Shown: piece after piece, positions 38,196 to 51,899 of the stretch
How the letters are laid out: each line of letters opens with the position of its first letter
How positions within the stretch are numbered: position 1 is the first letter of the stretch
Assembly (NCBI RefSeq): GCF_052425735.1
Contig: NC_135766.1
Span: 26,102,001 to 26,166,000, forward strand
DNA length: 64,000 nucleotides
Direction: 5' to 3'
Source: Oculina patagonica
Lineage: Eukaryota
Translations under genes and position numbers: made by a program
Notes under the pieces: model-generated
Databases searched by the model: none
Told to the model about the DNA's origin: nothing
The model's input: the letters and a program-made list of their open reading frames with translations, nothing else

Positions 38196-38931
38196 AGGAG
38201 TATTATTTTATTACTAGTAGAATTGTGAACAATAAATAAATTACTAATAATTGGAGAAAACACATTTGAAAATTTACAGAGCTGAGCTGAGGGGAATCTT
38301 AGCTCTCAGATATAATATGTTACTTATTATGTTCTTGACTTAACGAAAAAAGCATCTGTTACACCAAAAGCATAAAACCACAAAAAGTATCACAAGCCTA
38401 TTATTCCAAGAGATGTTTCATGGTTTAGCAAAATCACTCTGTTATGATTCAATAAGTTCTTCATGTTTCACAAATCAAGTCATATATTAATCAACAAGTA
38501 TTTTGATCTCCATAGAAGGACACTGTATATTACCTAGAGATTGTTTGTTACTGTGATATTATGTGAAATCCCTACAGGCTTACCCCAACCTGGGAAATAC
38601 AAGCCTGACCCCAATGAGGATATTAGAGCCCTAGTAGAATGAATTGAATTTTTTTTTACAGAACTTCATACCCCAAGAAAGATTAATCATGAATAATTTA
38701 AAACCCTACAGCATACAGAAACTGCTACATTCCTACGCCAGTGAAATTATAAATACCAATATGCTACTAACAAATCTAATCCACTAGACTGGGCAATACT
38801 GATATTATTTCAGAAGTTGCAGAAATTGCCCAAGTTGCGCATTTATCTTACAGCTAGAAAAACTATCCCCTTGCATCTGTCATATACTCGACTTTCTCTA
38901 CCAAATTTAAAAAAAAAATCATTAGAAATTG

Positions 38932-41606
38932 TTATCTCCTCTTGATGCTTGTATTGGCTCTGCTCCTAGCAGGCAAGCAAAAACAACAATTATCAAGTTT
39001 TCAGAGGGCATCAAAAACCATTAATAATAATTTTAACTTTCAGATTTAGGAAGCCACTGTTTTGAAAACATATGCATGAGCCATTGTATTGTGAGCTGAT
39101 CCATCCGAAATATTAGTCAGATTATTATTAGNNNNNNNNNNNNNNNNNNNNNNNNNNNNNNNNNNNNNNNNNNNNNNNNNNNNNNNNNNNNNNNNNNNNN
39201 NNNNNNNNNNNNNNNNNNNNNNNNNNNNNNNNNNNNNNNNNNNNNNNNNNNNNNNNNNNNNNNNNNNNNNNNNNNNNNNNNNNNNNNNNNNNNNNNNNNN
39301 CTTCTTGCAGATTTGCTAAAAACAATGAAATTTTTCGGGCCCACTTCTTTTGAGGGATCACTTTTAGAACTCAAGCTAGGGTATATTAATAATTCTGACT
39401 TTTCCAAAGTTATAAATTTTATTAGAGTAACCTCAACACATTTACTAACCTCTGGTTTTTGAACAGTTGCATTGTCTTTTTCATCATTGGTGCTGGCACT
39501 GAAAATTAATCGAGCCATAACATCACTAAACAATTCCCATAATATATTTCACCATTGAAGCCAGATTTTAACTGTCATGTCTGATACCAGTCTGTGACTC
39601 AGAAATGCTTTTTCATCTGGACAAAAAGTTTTCACTGCACACCTCAAAACACTAAAATTAATATAATCTATTGTGCTGTTCCAGAAAATATCCATACCCC
39701 TCCCATGGAAGATTTTTTGGTTTAATTCCCCCACCCCCTGGAAGTCCCAGTTAGGGTCATTGCCCTGAAATAGAACTGAACACATTTTTTATTTACCAAA
39801 CTTCGCCTACCGGTTTATTACTTAAAAGGAACTTAAATTTTGAAATAAAAAAGGGGGGTCACCAGATTCGTTTAGAAGCAGGAAGACCATTTATATTCCA
39901 TATAATTCCTTTATAATTCCTCTGCGAGTACTGGCAAAGTACACTTTTTTAGCGATAATTTATTTTTCAAACACAGGAATTGATGTTTTCATTTTAAAGA
40001 AAGAATTTGATTGCTACACCCAAAATATGAGAAAAAATTGATAGGTCACCAGGCTTGTTAGGATCATGTTAGGAGAAAGTGACAATTTACTTCTCTCACG
40101 GACTTAGCGACACAGAAAAAAGCCGCCATTTTGTTAAATGTGCGCTTATTACGCGTAAAATTCTGCGCAGTAAGGATGCGCAATGCAATACAGGGCAATG
40201 ACCTTAAGCCCCATACTTTCCTTTAAAAAAATTGCCCTTTGAGACCACCCACCCTTTGGAATTTTGACCTTCCATGGGGTGGGTATGGATATTTTATGAA
40301 ACTGTACATTCTTAAAAAATAAAACCCAAGGGCAAAAAAGCTGTATAATTTATTGCTGGTATTTTAAAAATGTTTTGTACAACTCCTGTGATAAAGGTTT
40401 TATCCCACCCAGTAGCAGAAGTTAAATTGTTTTTTGCTTTACGCTTTCAGGAACTGGAGTTATAATAGCCTCTCAATTTCCAGGTCTTGAATCTTTAATG
40501 TCGCATTTTCAGGCCATGTTATAAAATACAAAATTAATACAAACCTGCTTGTTTCTTAGCTGGTGAAGAGCCATGGCTCCTGTGGTGGGCCTGTGCAGGG
40601 GCAATTCTTGAAGGAGCTGACACAGGTTTGGCAGGATGAACCCCTGAACCAGTCCCAAATTTAGCCTGCTTTCGAAGCACATCACGAGGAGGCTTGGCCT
40701 CTGACAGAACATAGGCAAGTTTGACTTGCCGTTCTTTGAGGAGAAAAAATAACATCAATTATATAAGATAACAAATTTTATTAAAAACTAGCCATGGTAT
40801 ATTGCAATTCCTGAGTTTTGATTGGTTTACAGGCAATGGTATATGAGCTCATAAACCATGGACCACAAATATTGTAGGTGTTCGCTTAAACAAAAACAGC
40901 GGGGGAGCTCATTAAAATATTGTAATTTTGTGTGTGTTTTTAATAACGCAATATTATGATAAGTACTATTTATTATTTAAAACAAAATTAATAACTTGCG
41001 CTTGTTGGAAATGAGATAGTGGATAGCCAACTCGGCGCTATGCACCTCATTGGCTTTCTTCTATCTCATATCCAATGCATGTGCTCATGGAATAATAATT
41101 ATTGTTAACTACAACTTAAAGCTTTTTGCAAGAAAATACTTCAAAATTTATAACCTTAAACACAACTTTGACATATTTCTAAAATGTTCTAATAATAACT
41201 TCATTATGATTCTTCTTACCAGGTTTCTTTGCTTTCTGATTAGCAGAAATTTTTTCATTTATTTTCTTTAGCCTGAGTTCTCTATCAGTTTCATTTTGCT
41301 GAAAAAAAAAATACATTAACATTTTATATTATAATAATTTAACTGTGATGTTTCTCAAAGTGGTGATTACATGCTTTATTGATCCATTTGAACTCTCCTT
41401 ACCATATAAAGTTCCCTCCAGCTTTGGCTTGGTTTAGGCTTTGTTCCTTTAAATTCTCTACAACAGTGCCTTTCCCAAAGTGGCTCTGTATCATCAATGA
41501 AATACTGCAATAATGACAGCAATAACAATATTGTTAGGTGATATATTTTTAAGAGATTGAAGTTTGTATAAAAGAAAATTTGGTGGGGGGTGTTTTTTTT
41601 TTATTT

Positions 41607-41645
<39 letters not shown>

Positions 41646-44600
41646 TTTTTTTTTTTTTTTTTTTTATTAAATTTTTTTGGGAATTTTTTGGGTTTGGTGT
41701 TATGCGCCCAGGGGGGGGGGGGGGGGCAAGTAGCCAATAATTCAATCAGGGATCACTTCCCACATGTAAAGGTTACCTCTCACAGTTAGAGTAAGATTGG
41801 TCCTACACCTCCCACAAGGGACATAGGTATTAACAGGGTGCGTATATACCCTTCACAAACAAATTCTAGGACTTTTAAGGCTCAGAATGATTTTTAAGGA
41901 CTCCAAAGTTTAAATTAACCCTTTCACTCCCAAGATCTCAACATTATTTCTCCTGACATTGTCTGTAAACTTCTTATATAAAATGTTAGTTATGAGAATT
42001 CGGTTCCAGTCCTGGAAAAAGCCACAATAAAATTCCAAGACTTCCAGGTTTCCAGGAACCCTATGAATCCTGATTAATTGACAAAAGGAACCTTAATTAA
42101 TATCTTAATTTTTCCTATATGCAGGTGCTCACATCAACATACATGATCCTGATATACATATAATAGCAAACTTGTTCAACTTACAGGGTTACATTCTTCC
42201 AGATACAAGAGTTGTTGTGGACTACACCTGATAAAGAACATCATAAATTTAAGCCATTTACATTTAGGTTTACCTTTTCTCTTGAAATATCAATTCATCT
42301 TAATTGATAAACTTCATGTATTTACTACTGTAACAGTAGCTGCAAGCTTCTTTTATGTCATTTTGATATAGCTGTTACAGATCAATTATTTACAGTATTT
42401 ATAAATTAGCCATGATTCATAAATCCTTTATTAACAGGTAGCACTTCCCTCCCTAATAACCACCATGCATGATTTGTAGATCATTGGCACTGGCCTCACT
42501 GTCCTCCCTTCTTTCAAAGCTACTTTTAAAAACTAGTGGTAACCACAGGTTATAAAGTGCGGGCCTCAAGAAACTTGTTTTCGCATTCTAATCGTTCTTT
42601 AATTGTGGAGGAAAAAAATTCTCAACTTCCTGTTTGAATGATACATTTTCGGATTCTTTTGCATTGTAACCGTTCATGGTGGAAGACTAGAACAAACAAC
42701 TTAGGTCACCTCACTTTCACGGCAATTATTCCAACAGGTCGAATATTTTTCAAAAGGTGTCAATAAATCACTGGACAAAAGTAACGCGTCACGCAAGGAA
42801 TACATGATTAAATCGAGCACGCGGTGTAATTAAGATGTGATTTTCCTCTGTCTGTGAACTCGCTATGTTGTCAGTGATTTTTTACAATCAATGATATTTT
42901 ACAATCACAGTAAATCTTCTCAAAACCAACGCCAAAACAACGTCAGCCAAACGTAGTTTCCAATCTTCCATGTTACAGAAGCCTTGATCTTATGTGACCA
43001 AACTGTTGAGATTGACTAATGTTTGACATTCTTCTCATTCTTGAAGAAAACATTTTCAACTTCTGGTGTTTCCACAAACTGTTGTGGTTGACACATGTTT
43101 CGCATTCTGATCCTTCTTGGTGGAAGAACAAAATTTTCAACTTCCGCTTTGCAGCTAGGCTTTTATAAACGTGGCGCGCACGCCTAATACACAATCCACT
43201 GGTCACTGTCAAGATTAGGGTGGCAGGCCCCTCTTAATGGGCCCGCAAATAACTACACTGTATTAAGGAATAACAACTCACTTCTCAAGAACTGGATGAA
43301 GAATGTCGTAAGGGACTCCGCCAGTGTCACCAAGAGCTGTAACAACAATATCAGTACAAATTTGTTGTCATGCTTATCACAAAACAATATTAATCAACTC
43401 ATTAGTCACCACTGAAAAATATCCATGACAGAAAGTTCATCTTGACTGGCACTTAGAGATGAATCTTGTACCTAATTGATGGCAGTACTGGGGCAAGCAT
43501 TTTGCAAGTCTATATAATATTGAGCTTTAATATCAAGCACTGTGAATAAAATATTTAGTGTGTGACAGTTTACATACCATCAATGTTTTCAATCAAGATC
43601 TTCATCGATAACTCAAACAGAGATGTGACAGCTATGAAAAAACAATACATTATAAGAAAACAATACAATAATTTTCCTCCAAAATCGTGTGCACCTTTTG
43701 GGGTGATAATTGATGCAAAGAGTCATTTGTCAATTGGCTTGGGTGTTTGCAGAGTCAAATGTCAAAATGCCTCGAGTACAGGGCCAACCCGATTCCAAGG
43801 CGCGCCGCGGGAATCATGGAGCTCACCAGGCGAGACCAGCAAGGCATCGTTGTTGAGTCCACGATGGGAGCACACCGGACCAGGCGGATAGAGGGAATCA
43901 GGTATTGGTCTCAGTTTAGCATTCAGGGACCTGACAATGAATTACAGTGATGTAGCTTCCTGTATTCTTCTTCTGTTCCCCAAACACAGAGAGTTATTTA
44001 TTATTAAAAAATAATTACCTAGCTGGAAATAGTTAAAATATTTTATTTATTTAATAACAAACTATTTTTATACTTACCTCTGCCAGGAGATAGTAATTTT
44101 CGTCCAGAAAACACTTGAGTGCGAGATTTTCTGGACATGAGAGCATGCTCATCAACCTCTCCAGCAACAACACCTTGAACGAAAAAAAATTGCAAAATAA
44201 ATTTTGCTGACAGAGTTACATCTTACAATGTACAGTCTGCAGACTGAATCTTGTCATGTCAACCTCCGGCAAAGGCATAACTTGTATAAAATCTGTCAAT
44301 GGACCTTTTGAATCCTGGTAACCTTTTTTAAATCCTGCTGACAATTTCGATTTTAAACGAAATGCCTGAATTATTGTTACGTGTTACTTTGTGGGTCTCC
44401 CTATCTTCTGCTTATAGCTGGTTCTGTAAAATTTGCAAACAACATGTCACACTCTAAAAATTGTTTTTAACAGTAACAAGCGAAGCTTTATTTGCCCTGA
44501 ATACCAGAAACAATCAAGATACTCTATAACCTTAATCTTACCTTTTTTCTTTTTTGGTGAGCCCTCGCAGAATCCTGGTAACCTCATAGGTTTGTAAGTT

Positions 44601-47140
44601 GGTTGAATTTCTGGCAGCAGAGCGTCTGTAACTGACAGTGATGACGGCAGTGGCGGCAGCTCTAGCTCTGGTCTGGGACTCTCATTTGATGCCATTTTCG
44701 TTGCTACACCTGAAGATGCCGTGGATCTTTTCTTTTGTTTATTGACGTTGACAGGTTCACAGCCAAATGACACGTCACAGAGTTGTGGTGTGGACTTGGT
44801 CTGAAATGAGGTCAGATTTATATCTGGATTGAATAACTTTATGTCTGGTAATCAAGTGGTTTGACGGCTGTTTACCAAAGGGTCACAATGTCATTATAAC
44901 TTGCTTTCCTCTCTCTATCCATAATCTTGGTATAGAGTATTTTAGAAAGGAGGGCAGAGGGGTTTGAAACTTTGCTTACCGTCTTGCAGTGTAATAATTC
45001 CCTCAGTATTCACAATTTTTTTTCCCTATAAACCCATAACAGACGCAACAACTTGAAAGCCAAAAGCTTGCATCATTTTTTCATGAGCATGTTGAATGTC
45101 ACTCTTCTCCACAAAACACCATCATCATGAATGAACGAATGAATGGAATGAAATGAAGGGACAAACAAAAGAATGAATGAGGCCCTCCAAGGGGGTTCAT
45201 GATGTCTCTTTGTCACTCCTTTCCAACCAACCTGTCGCCTATTTGGTGGGGGAAACGTTGTCGCTATTGCAAAAATACACCCTCTATGTGCTAGTTTCTG
45301 TTGGCTGTTAGCTGCATTTTTAGCTATTTTGGAGTAAAGTCGCCTATAGCCAAAAACCCTTGGAAGGCCTCATGAATGAACAAACAGAAGGTCTGATGGA
45401 TGGACAAATAGTTATTTTCTTGTATCAGTGCAATAAAATTTTAAACTCTTGATTTTTTTTAGCAGTACATACCTTTGATTTGATTTCAGCAGGTTTGTTT
45501 TTGGACTTTTCATGTTTGTTGTTAACATGTTCAACATTCGATTCACATACTTCATGTACAACTGACAATCCTTTATCACAAGGCTTGGAAGATGAGATCT
45601 GACTGCTATCTGATTCTTGTTTCAAGAGTTCTTTCCACTTTGTAACAAGATGTGATGCAATATCACCAATATCATTGCCACGTTTTCTGTATCGATTCAC
45701 AGCCCTTCCAATCCCAGTTGCCTGTGATGAAAGTACAGAAAGAGATAACAAAGATTGTGAAATTATCTCATATCAGAACATACCGGTAATTTATAGTTTA
45801 AAATATTATTGCGGTTTTCAGTGAAATGCGAAGTCTGGAATTCAAAATTCAACTAACGATTGCGTTTTTCGCTGCTGTCAATGGCGACAGCCAACAAACC
45901 ATGAAAAACAGAAAGTTAACAAACAAAATGGATCAAAATCTACCAATCACAACTGACAGACTTGACCTTTTTTACCCGAATGAAGTGAACTTCTGTTTCC
46001 GGAGAGGTCCGCTCAGATGATTGACAGTAGCAAAAAGTGTAAACCGTTGGTTGAGAATGAATTTCAGAGTTTGCATTTCACTGAAAACTGCAATAATCCA
46101 TGTCTCCAACAATATGCTGTTCCAAGAAATATCCGCGACCTGACCGCAAACGTTTCATTGGTCAAAAGTGACATGTGAACAGACAAAACCGTTGAGGTTT
46201 TAAAAGTAAAACTACGCGTTAAATTCATCAAGCTTCAAGGATTGTAGTAATTAAATAATTATAATAATTTATTTAATTATTTAATTTCCATAAATCATTT
46301 TCTTTCTGTCAATTCAAAAGTCACACATATTAAAGAAGTACACAGATGGCATTATTTTTATGGATGACAACAGCTGTTGTAGCCAGCTAAATCTGTGCAT
46401 TATCTTTAAGGAACCGCTGAAACCATCCTGCAATAAAATTGTGAGCACTCATACAAGCAATGAGGAAACTAAATGAAAGAATGAACAAAATAAAAACATG
46501 ACAACTTTTGAGGATCATTTATAACAAATGGCCAGGGGTTAGATACTCTTGAGAACATAATATATCAAACATGAAATTATATTAACTGGAACTGGAACTG
46601 GAAAATAATTCTACATATAGCAATGGCAGTTAATAATATTAATATCGGCATGAATATAATATATGACCGGCAGACTGTTTATGTTGACCGAGGCAAAGCA
46701 ATCAGCGCTAGCTATCATAAGAATATAAGCTAAACCTACAAAGAGGAACGGTTTATATACATAGCGATCAGAATTCCTAACTTTAATTCATTCTGTGCGG
46801 AAAACACGACCTCTTTTTACGGTCATGGAAATTAAATAATATGTAAATTAAGCTTAAGTTATATTTTAAAATCTACTAACTTTTAACACTTCCAGCGTGA
46901 TTTGTATTCGGTCAAGTTCCTGAAGATATCTCTTGATCTGTGAATTTAAGAAAAAAGAAGCACACTTTTATTACTATCAGTGAAGTAAGCCTTCGAGCAA
47001 AACAACACAGAAAGGAACATTAAACTGATTGTTTGTTACTCCATAAAAACACGTAAAAGACCACTTACCTTTTCTTCTTCGAGTCGTTCATTGTTCAGCT
47101 TTTTGTGAATTTTCTGAACGTATTTCTCAAGAGATGGCAT
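38932..47140 (-). CDS. ELOA: Elongin A. Exons 47069-47140, 46881-46937, 45473-45721, 44542-44800, 44078-44173, 43578-43631, 43282-43336, 42185-42227, 41403-41504, 41220-41298, 40545-40733, 39450-39498, 38932-38965
   Basis: TFIIS-N domain ([16 protein letters not shown]...LVTKWKELL); RTQVFSG; BC-box [17 protein letters not shown]; [28 protein letters not shown]; LWERHC...SWRELY; [16 protein letters not shown]; [13 protein letters not shown]...RR*. All phases are consistent. The last exon lies beyond an N gap and is less certain. Confidence 0.92.
39132..39300. other. Assembly gap (169 N)
   Basis: Run of N. Confidence 0.99.
43757..43940 (-). ncRNA. Candidate intronic structured RNA (unassigned; possibly H/ACA-like)
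   Basis: GC-rich island in an AT-rich ELOA intron; three hairpins whose G-U wobbles favour the minus (host) strand; ACA triplet shortly after the last hairpin; no clear H box. Confidence 0.35.
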
Positions 47141-48640
47141 TGCGCATCCAAGGACATTCAGTTGAGGTTAAAATATCAGGGAGCAACCGTTAAATAACGA
47201 GAAATTTGCTCCCCAAAAAGAAAGAAATTACTTCATTTTTAACCAAATAAATTTCAAAGAAAAGTTCCTTGCCGTGTCGATTTCAAGCCTCGCTTGCAAG
47301 AAAGAATAACTTCCGTTGTTTTGGTATCCCCAGATCCCTCCGGCCATTAATCGGAAGTGAATTTTTTTGTTTTTTCAAGGGAGACGTCTTTGCATAGACA
47401 ATTCGCAGGTAATTCGATATCACAAAAATAAAATTTGATTTCTGAAATATTCACAGAGCTTGAGTAAGAAGTTGAGAACTTCTTTCTTCGCGTGGGAGGG
47501 TATACAGGTGGGTAACTGTAGCTTTCTCCTGGATAATTTGGCACAGACTTTGAAAGGTCAGAAATATACTGAAAACTGCTAGTGAAAAAGCCTTCCTATT
47601 TCACGCCAAATTTAATTTGGGCTACAAGATTTGTTACAAAGGGTGCCGTTCCGCTTTTAGTTTTCAATATTTTTTGTTATACCAATATTACCATTAACTT
47701 TTTTATGGGTCTACTGGCAAATGCTAGTCTGCGTTGCAGACGAACTAAACCCTGGTATAGACGGACTGTACCGAGGTTTTGTGACACGTCCGGCTGCGAC
47801 GCAGGCTAGCAAATGCGTGAGAAAAAATGAAAACAAGAACGTACGTCTTACATTCCAGGTGTTCCGTTAGCGCAAAGAACGGCGATTGGAAAAAATGCGA
47901 GGGGTTTAGGGGTACTGCCCTTGGCTCGTCCTTTTTTTCACCTGTCGTTTTTTGCGCCGTTGTTCACAAACCGAACGCCTGAAACAGGCTACCCACCCAG
48001 GGCAAAAAAAAAATAAACAGATACGCTTTTTAAAAAAAATTAAATAAGAAAAAGAAAAGAAATTTGTCCAAACCCAGAAAGAGTACATATGTAGTCAAGT
48101 TGACAGGTTTAAATCAGTAACACAGGCGTTTTTATAATAAAACGTGATTTGTTTTTTATTTTTGAAATTCAAACAGTCGAACTACCTATAAATTCCAACA
48201 GCCCGCTGGACGAATCCAATAACTGTTGATTTAATTTTAAAATTCGGATGGAAAACCTATTCTTGGAGACTGGAATCAATAAAAAGTTTCCTTTTATGAC
48301 ATGTTCTTTTTTATCGCTTACACACAGAGCAAGTTACGAGTAAACAGTAAGCCATAAAATGACGAGTGCTGACTAAGTTTCAAGAACTAGGAATTGAATA
48401 TACTTTATTCTATAACTATACTATTGTATTCTAATTTATCTTCTGAGTAAACTTGTCATTTACATTTTTTACATTAATATTACTTGATTAGCTTCTATCT
48501 TTTCTTTTACATTTTTTGATCTGAGAAAATGGGAAAGTCCTTACAGTGAGCGTGTATCTTTTCAAAATTTTGCTTTTATCTAACATGTAAATCGACATTT
48601 AATTCTAACTAAATCAATAAAGTTCATGCCATGATGTTCA

Positions 48641-49407
48641 TCAAGAAATAACACAGAAGCGACTCCGCCCATGACACGACGCCATTCTGCCTACTATGTG
48701 ACCATTCCCTGAGGATGACATTGACATTCGTGACATTGCGGGCCTGGGAAATTTGTTTTCCTTATTTGGTTGCAAGGGACGTGGAGGTGAATCTAAATCT
48801 AGTCCCTCCGGGTGGTGCCGACATTCGTTGGTATCCTGGTTAACAATGCAAACTTGACGGTTATTTTTCGTATTAACTGGAATGATACGATTGTTTATCA
48901 CCAACACTGTGCTGTCAGGGTGTTGATACAGACCTTCCATGCTGCACTGATAGATATCATTACTGTCTACATATCCACGAGCATTTTCTAGAATATTTAC
49001 ACCATAATGGTCTGTGGATTGGATGCGGTTCCGAGTAATATAAGGATCCCCTGGCCCACGCAGTTCAACTCCACTTAACGCATTACAAAACACATCATTT
49101 TCTTTGATCAAGCCTTTTCCACACACAAGAAGTCCGTGCTTTTGGTTTCCATAGATACCATTGCCGCTGACATTAGCACTGCAGCCTATTTCAATGCAGA
49201 CTCCTGAGCTGTTGTTTCGGCATACACTGTTATCTTGAATGGTGATCTCCGCTGGTTTGGCGATACTGATACCACAGCCCTCGTTGTTATGAACATTATT
49301 ACCTCGGATAAGCAGACCTTCACTGCCGGAAAAGTGAATACCATGACCCGCATTATCAAAAATTGTGTTGTTATCCACACAGGCATAGTTCTTGTCTGGT
49401 CGAGGGC
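48641..49407 (-). CDS. FBXO10: FBXO10-like protein, terminal exon only (right-handed beta-helix/PbH1 repeats, C-terminal CaaX)
   Basis: Repeats such as NTIFDNAGHGI, NNVHNNEGCGI, NGIYGNQKHGL and NDVFCNALSGV; ends SRFCVIS*; polypyrimidine acceptor at 49408. The CaaX end favours FBXO10 over FBXO11, which ends in a UBR box. Confidence 0.75.
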
Positions 49408-49569
49408 CTGTTGAAAATGATAAAAAAGAATCAAACAATAATGTAAAAAATTGAACTTCTTAATTCACCTGTTTGTGCTAAAAAAATTCTGAAACAATGC
49501 TGTGTTACTTAGCAACCATTTGAGACTGCATTTGAGTTGCAAAGTTGGGAGGACGGAAACTAACCTTAA

Positions 49570-50069
49570 NNNNNNNNNNNNNNNNNNNNNNNNNNNNNNN
49601 NNNNNNNNNNNNNNNNNNNNNNNNNNNNNNNNNNNNNNNNNNNNNNNNNNNNNNNNNNNNNNNNNNNNNNNNNNNNNNNNNNNNNNNNNNNNNNNNNNNN
49701 NNNNNNNNNNNNNNNNNNNNNNNNNNNNNNNNNNNNNNNNNNNNNNNNNNNNNNNNNNNNNNNNNNNNNNNNNNNNNNNNNNNNNNNNNNNNNNNNNNNN
49801 NNNNNNNNNNNNNNNNNNNNNNNNNNNNNNNNNNNNNNNNNNNNNNNNNNNNNNNNNNNNNNNNNNNNNNNNNNNNNNNNNNNNNNNNNNNNNNNNNNNN
49901 NNNNNNNNNNNNNNNNNNNNNNNNNNNNNNNNNNNNNNNNNNNNNNNNNNNNNNNNNNNNNNNNNNNNNNNNNNNNNNNNNNNNNNNNNNNNNNNNNNNN
50001 NNNNNNNNNNNNNNNNNNNNNNNNNNNNNNNNNNNNNNNNNNNNNNNNNNNNNNNNNNNNNNNNNNNNN
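49570..50069. other. Scaffold gap (500 N, placeholder size)
   Basis: Run of N of round length. Confidence 0.97.
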
Positions 50070-50562
50070 ACAGCGGCAATGAAACTGTCAGAGATTCGGG
50101 GTGTTTTTACATTGGTAATAGGCAAAGTTGCACCAGAGAACAGACATATACAAAGAAAGCAATCATAATCACTTGTTTGTGTGTCCTTCCAGAACATTTG
50201 ATCACACAACGACCACCCGGTCGAGCGCCCAAGGAAAAAAATTAAAAGCTGATCTTTGAATTGCGACAAACAGCGCCTCCCCGGGAAACCGGTGATTGCA
50301 TAAATTGAAATATTTTATTTTTCCTGTTTGGTGAAATGAATGCAGAACAACGACAAATGTCGATAAAAAATTGAACAGGTTTAAAGGATAAAATGATTGA
50401 GGCAAACGTGCTGCATGCTTCGCAGATTACACTCTGACCTTGCAAGGATCAATGAAATCGATTCTTGTCAGGCGTATAGCAAAATTTACAGTGAATTCAA
50501 GAGAATTGTGCAGTAAATCTCGACAATAACAGGAAAGAATCAATCAAACTGTATTTACCCAC

Positions 50563-50853
50563 CTCTGGCTTGTTAACTGGAGAGGATGAGGGAGAGACTG
50601 TTCCACCGCCCTCTTTCTGAATTGTCAAGGCATCTCGAGATAGCTTTACACGAACCTTCTGAAGTTCTGCGCGATTGATTTGCATCGAAATACACCCTGT
50701 TTTCAGGAAGCTCTGAAAGAAAAACAGAGAAACACAACTTTAGGATTCATTTATTGTTATCTATGCTCAACGATAGTTTGCGACTAAACAATAATTAATG
50801 TGCTATTCAAAGAGAAGAAGTTGTCGCAAACAGGGTTGAATTACCTCCGCCAT
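50563..50853 (-). CDS. Second copy of gamma-syntrophin exons 1-2 (50845-50853, 50563-50712), truncated at the gap
   Basis: Encodes MAE-SFLKTGCISMQINRAELQKVRVKLSRDALTIQKE...KPE with only synonymous differences from 24300-24590. Confidence 0.8.
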
Positions 50854-51899
50854 TTTTGAATGGTTTCGCCGCGACTCCCGCTCAAGGTGATCTCATTCAC
50901 ACATTAATCAAATAAACCATGAATGAAGCAATTTTAGCGAAACAAAAACAGCTCCTTGAGGTGGCTTTTAAATTTGCAAATTTCTTAACGTCCTGCAGAG
51001 ATTAAACAACCGGCATCGAATGCAATAAAAAGAAATTCAATGTTTTGATTTGAGATATTGCGGGCGCAAACAGCCTCATTTGGAAACCGATATTTGCATA
51101 ACATAAACTTAACCTGGAACTCAGGAAGTATTATTAACTGCAAATAACTAATCCTAGTTTCAATTTCATATCATTCACATTCTAAGATATGAAAAGCTGT
51201 TTATCGTGCCCTGGAAAATATTGGCCAGTGTTCATTTTAGGTAGTCAAAGCTTCATAAGATCGACGTCAAATTTCTCCCCACCGCTTCTCGTTTAGTTTC
51301 TATCGTTCTGTCTGAGAGAGTTTATATTTCAGTCAAAACCTTTTTATTACATGGCTACGATCAACTACTTGACTTGGCCACTTTATTTGTAACTGCTTTA
51401 ATGTATTTCAACGTAAAATTTACCGACAATGATTCAATCTTGTAATCAGAGTGCTCAAAATTTAATCGTAGAGAAAAATTGCTTTCTTCAAGACCCTTTC
51501 ATACAAATCCTATAAAATCACGCCTTTGGGGTGTGGTAGCTAAAATAGATTTGTAGATTTTTCCTCGCTCTCGATCTCTCGACTATTTTCTGATAAGACA
51601 CGCCACATTTGGCATGCTCTCCAAATCTTCATTATTTTCAGCTGATGAAACGCATGTCATTTTCCGTTGCACTTCAAAGGTCAATAAAACCCTTCATTCC
51701 CGGCCCCTGGCCTGAGCAATCCTTTTTTGGCTCAAAAAGAAAATCTTAGGCGTGACATAGGGTTTAGATGCTATAGCTTCCCAAATCTCAAATGAAATAA
51801 AGACCAGTAACTTTAGAGGGTTCTGCGAGACTCGAGAATATATTTATCTGCCAAAGCAAACGTTAAACCCATAAATCTCTGTTTGAATAGCATTACGAA

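Noticed and set aside
39117-39533. 138-aa ORF on the minus strand
   Set aside because: The true ELOA exon (39450-39498, APMMKKT) is in another frame, and the ORF runs into Ns.
41494-41789. Poly-Lys/poly-Phe ORFs
   Set aside because: T/G homopolymer tract in an ELOA intron, likely a sequencing artefact.
49465-50269. Long ORFs spanning N runs
   Set aside because: Artefacts of the assembly gap.
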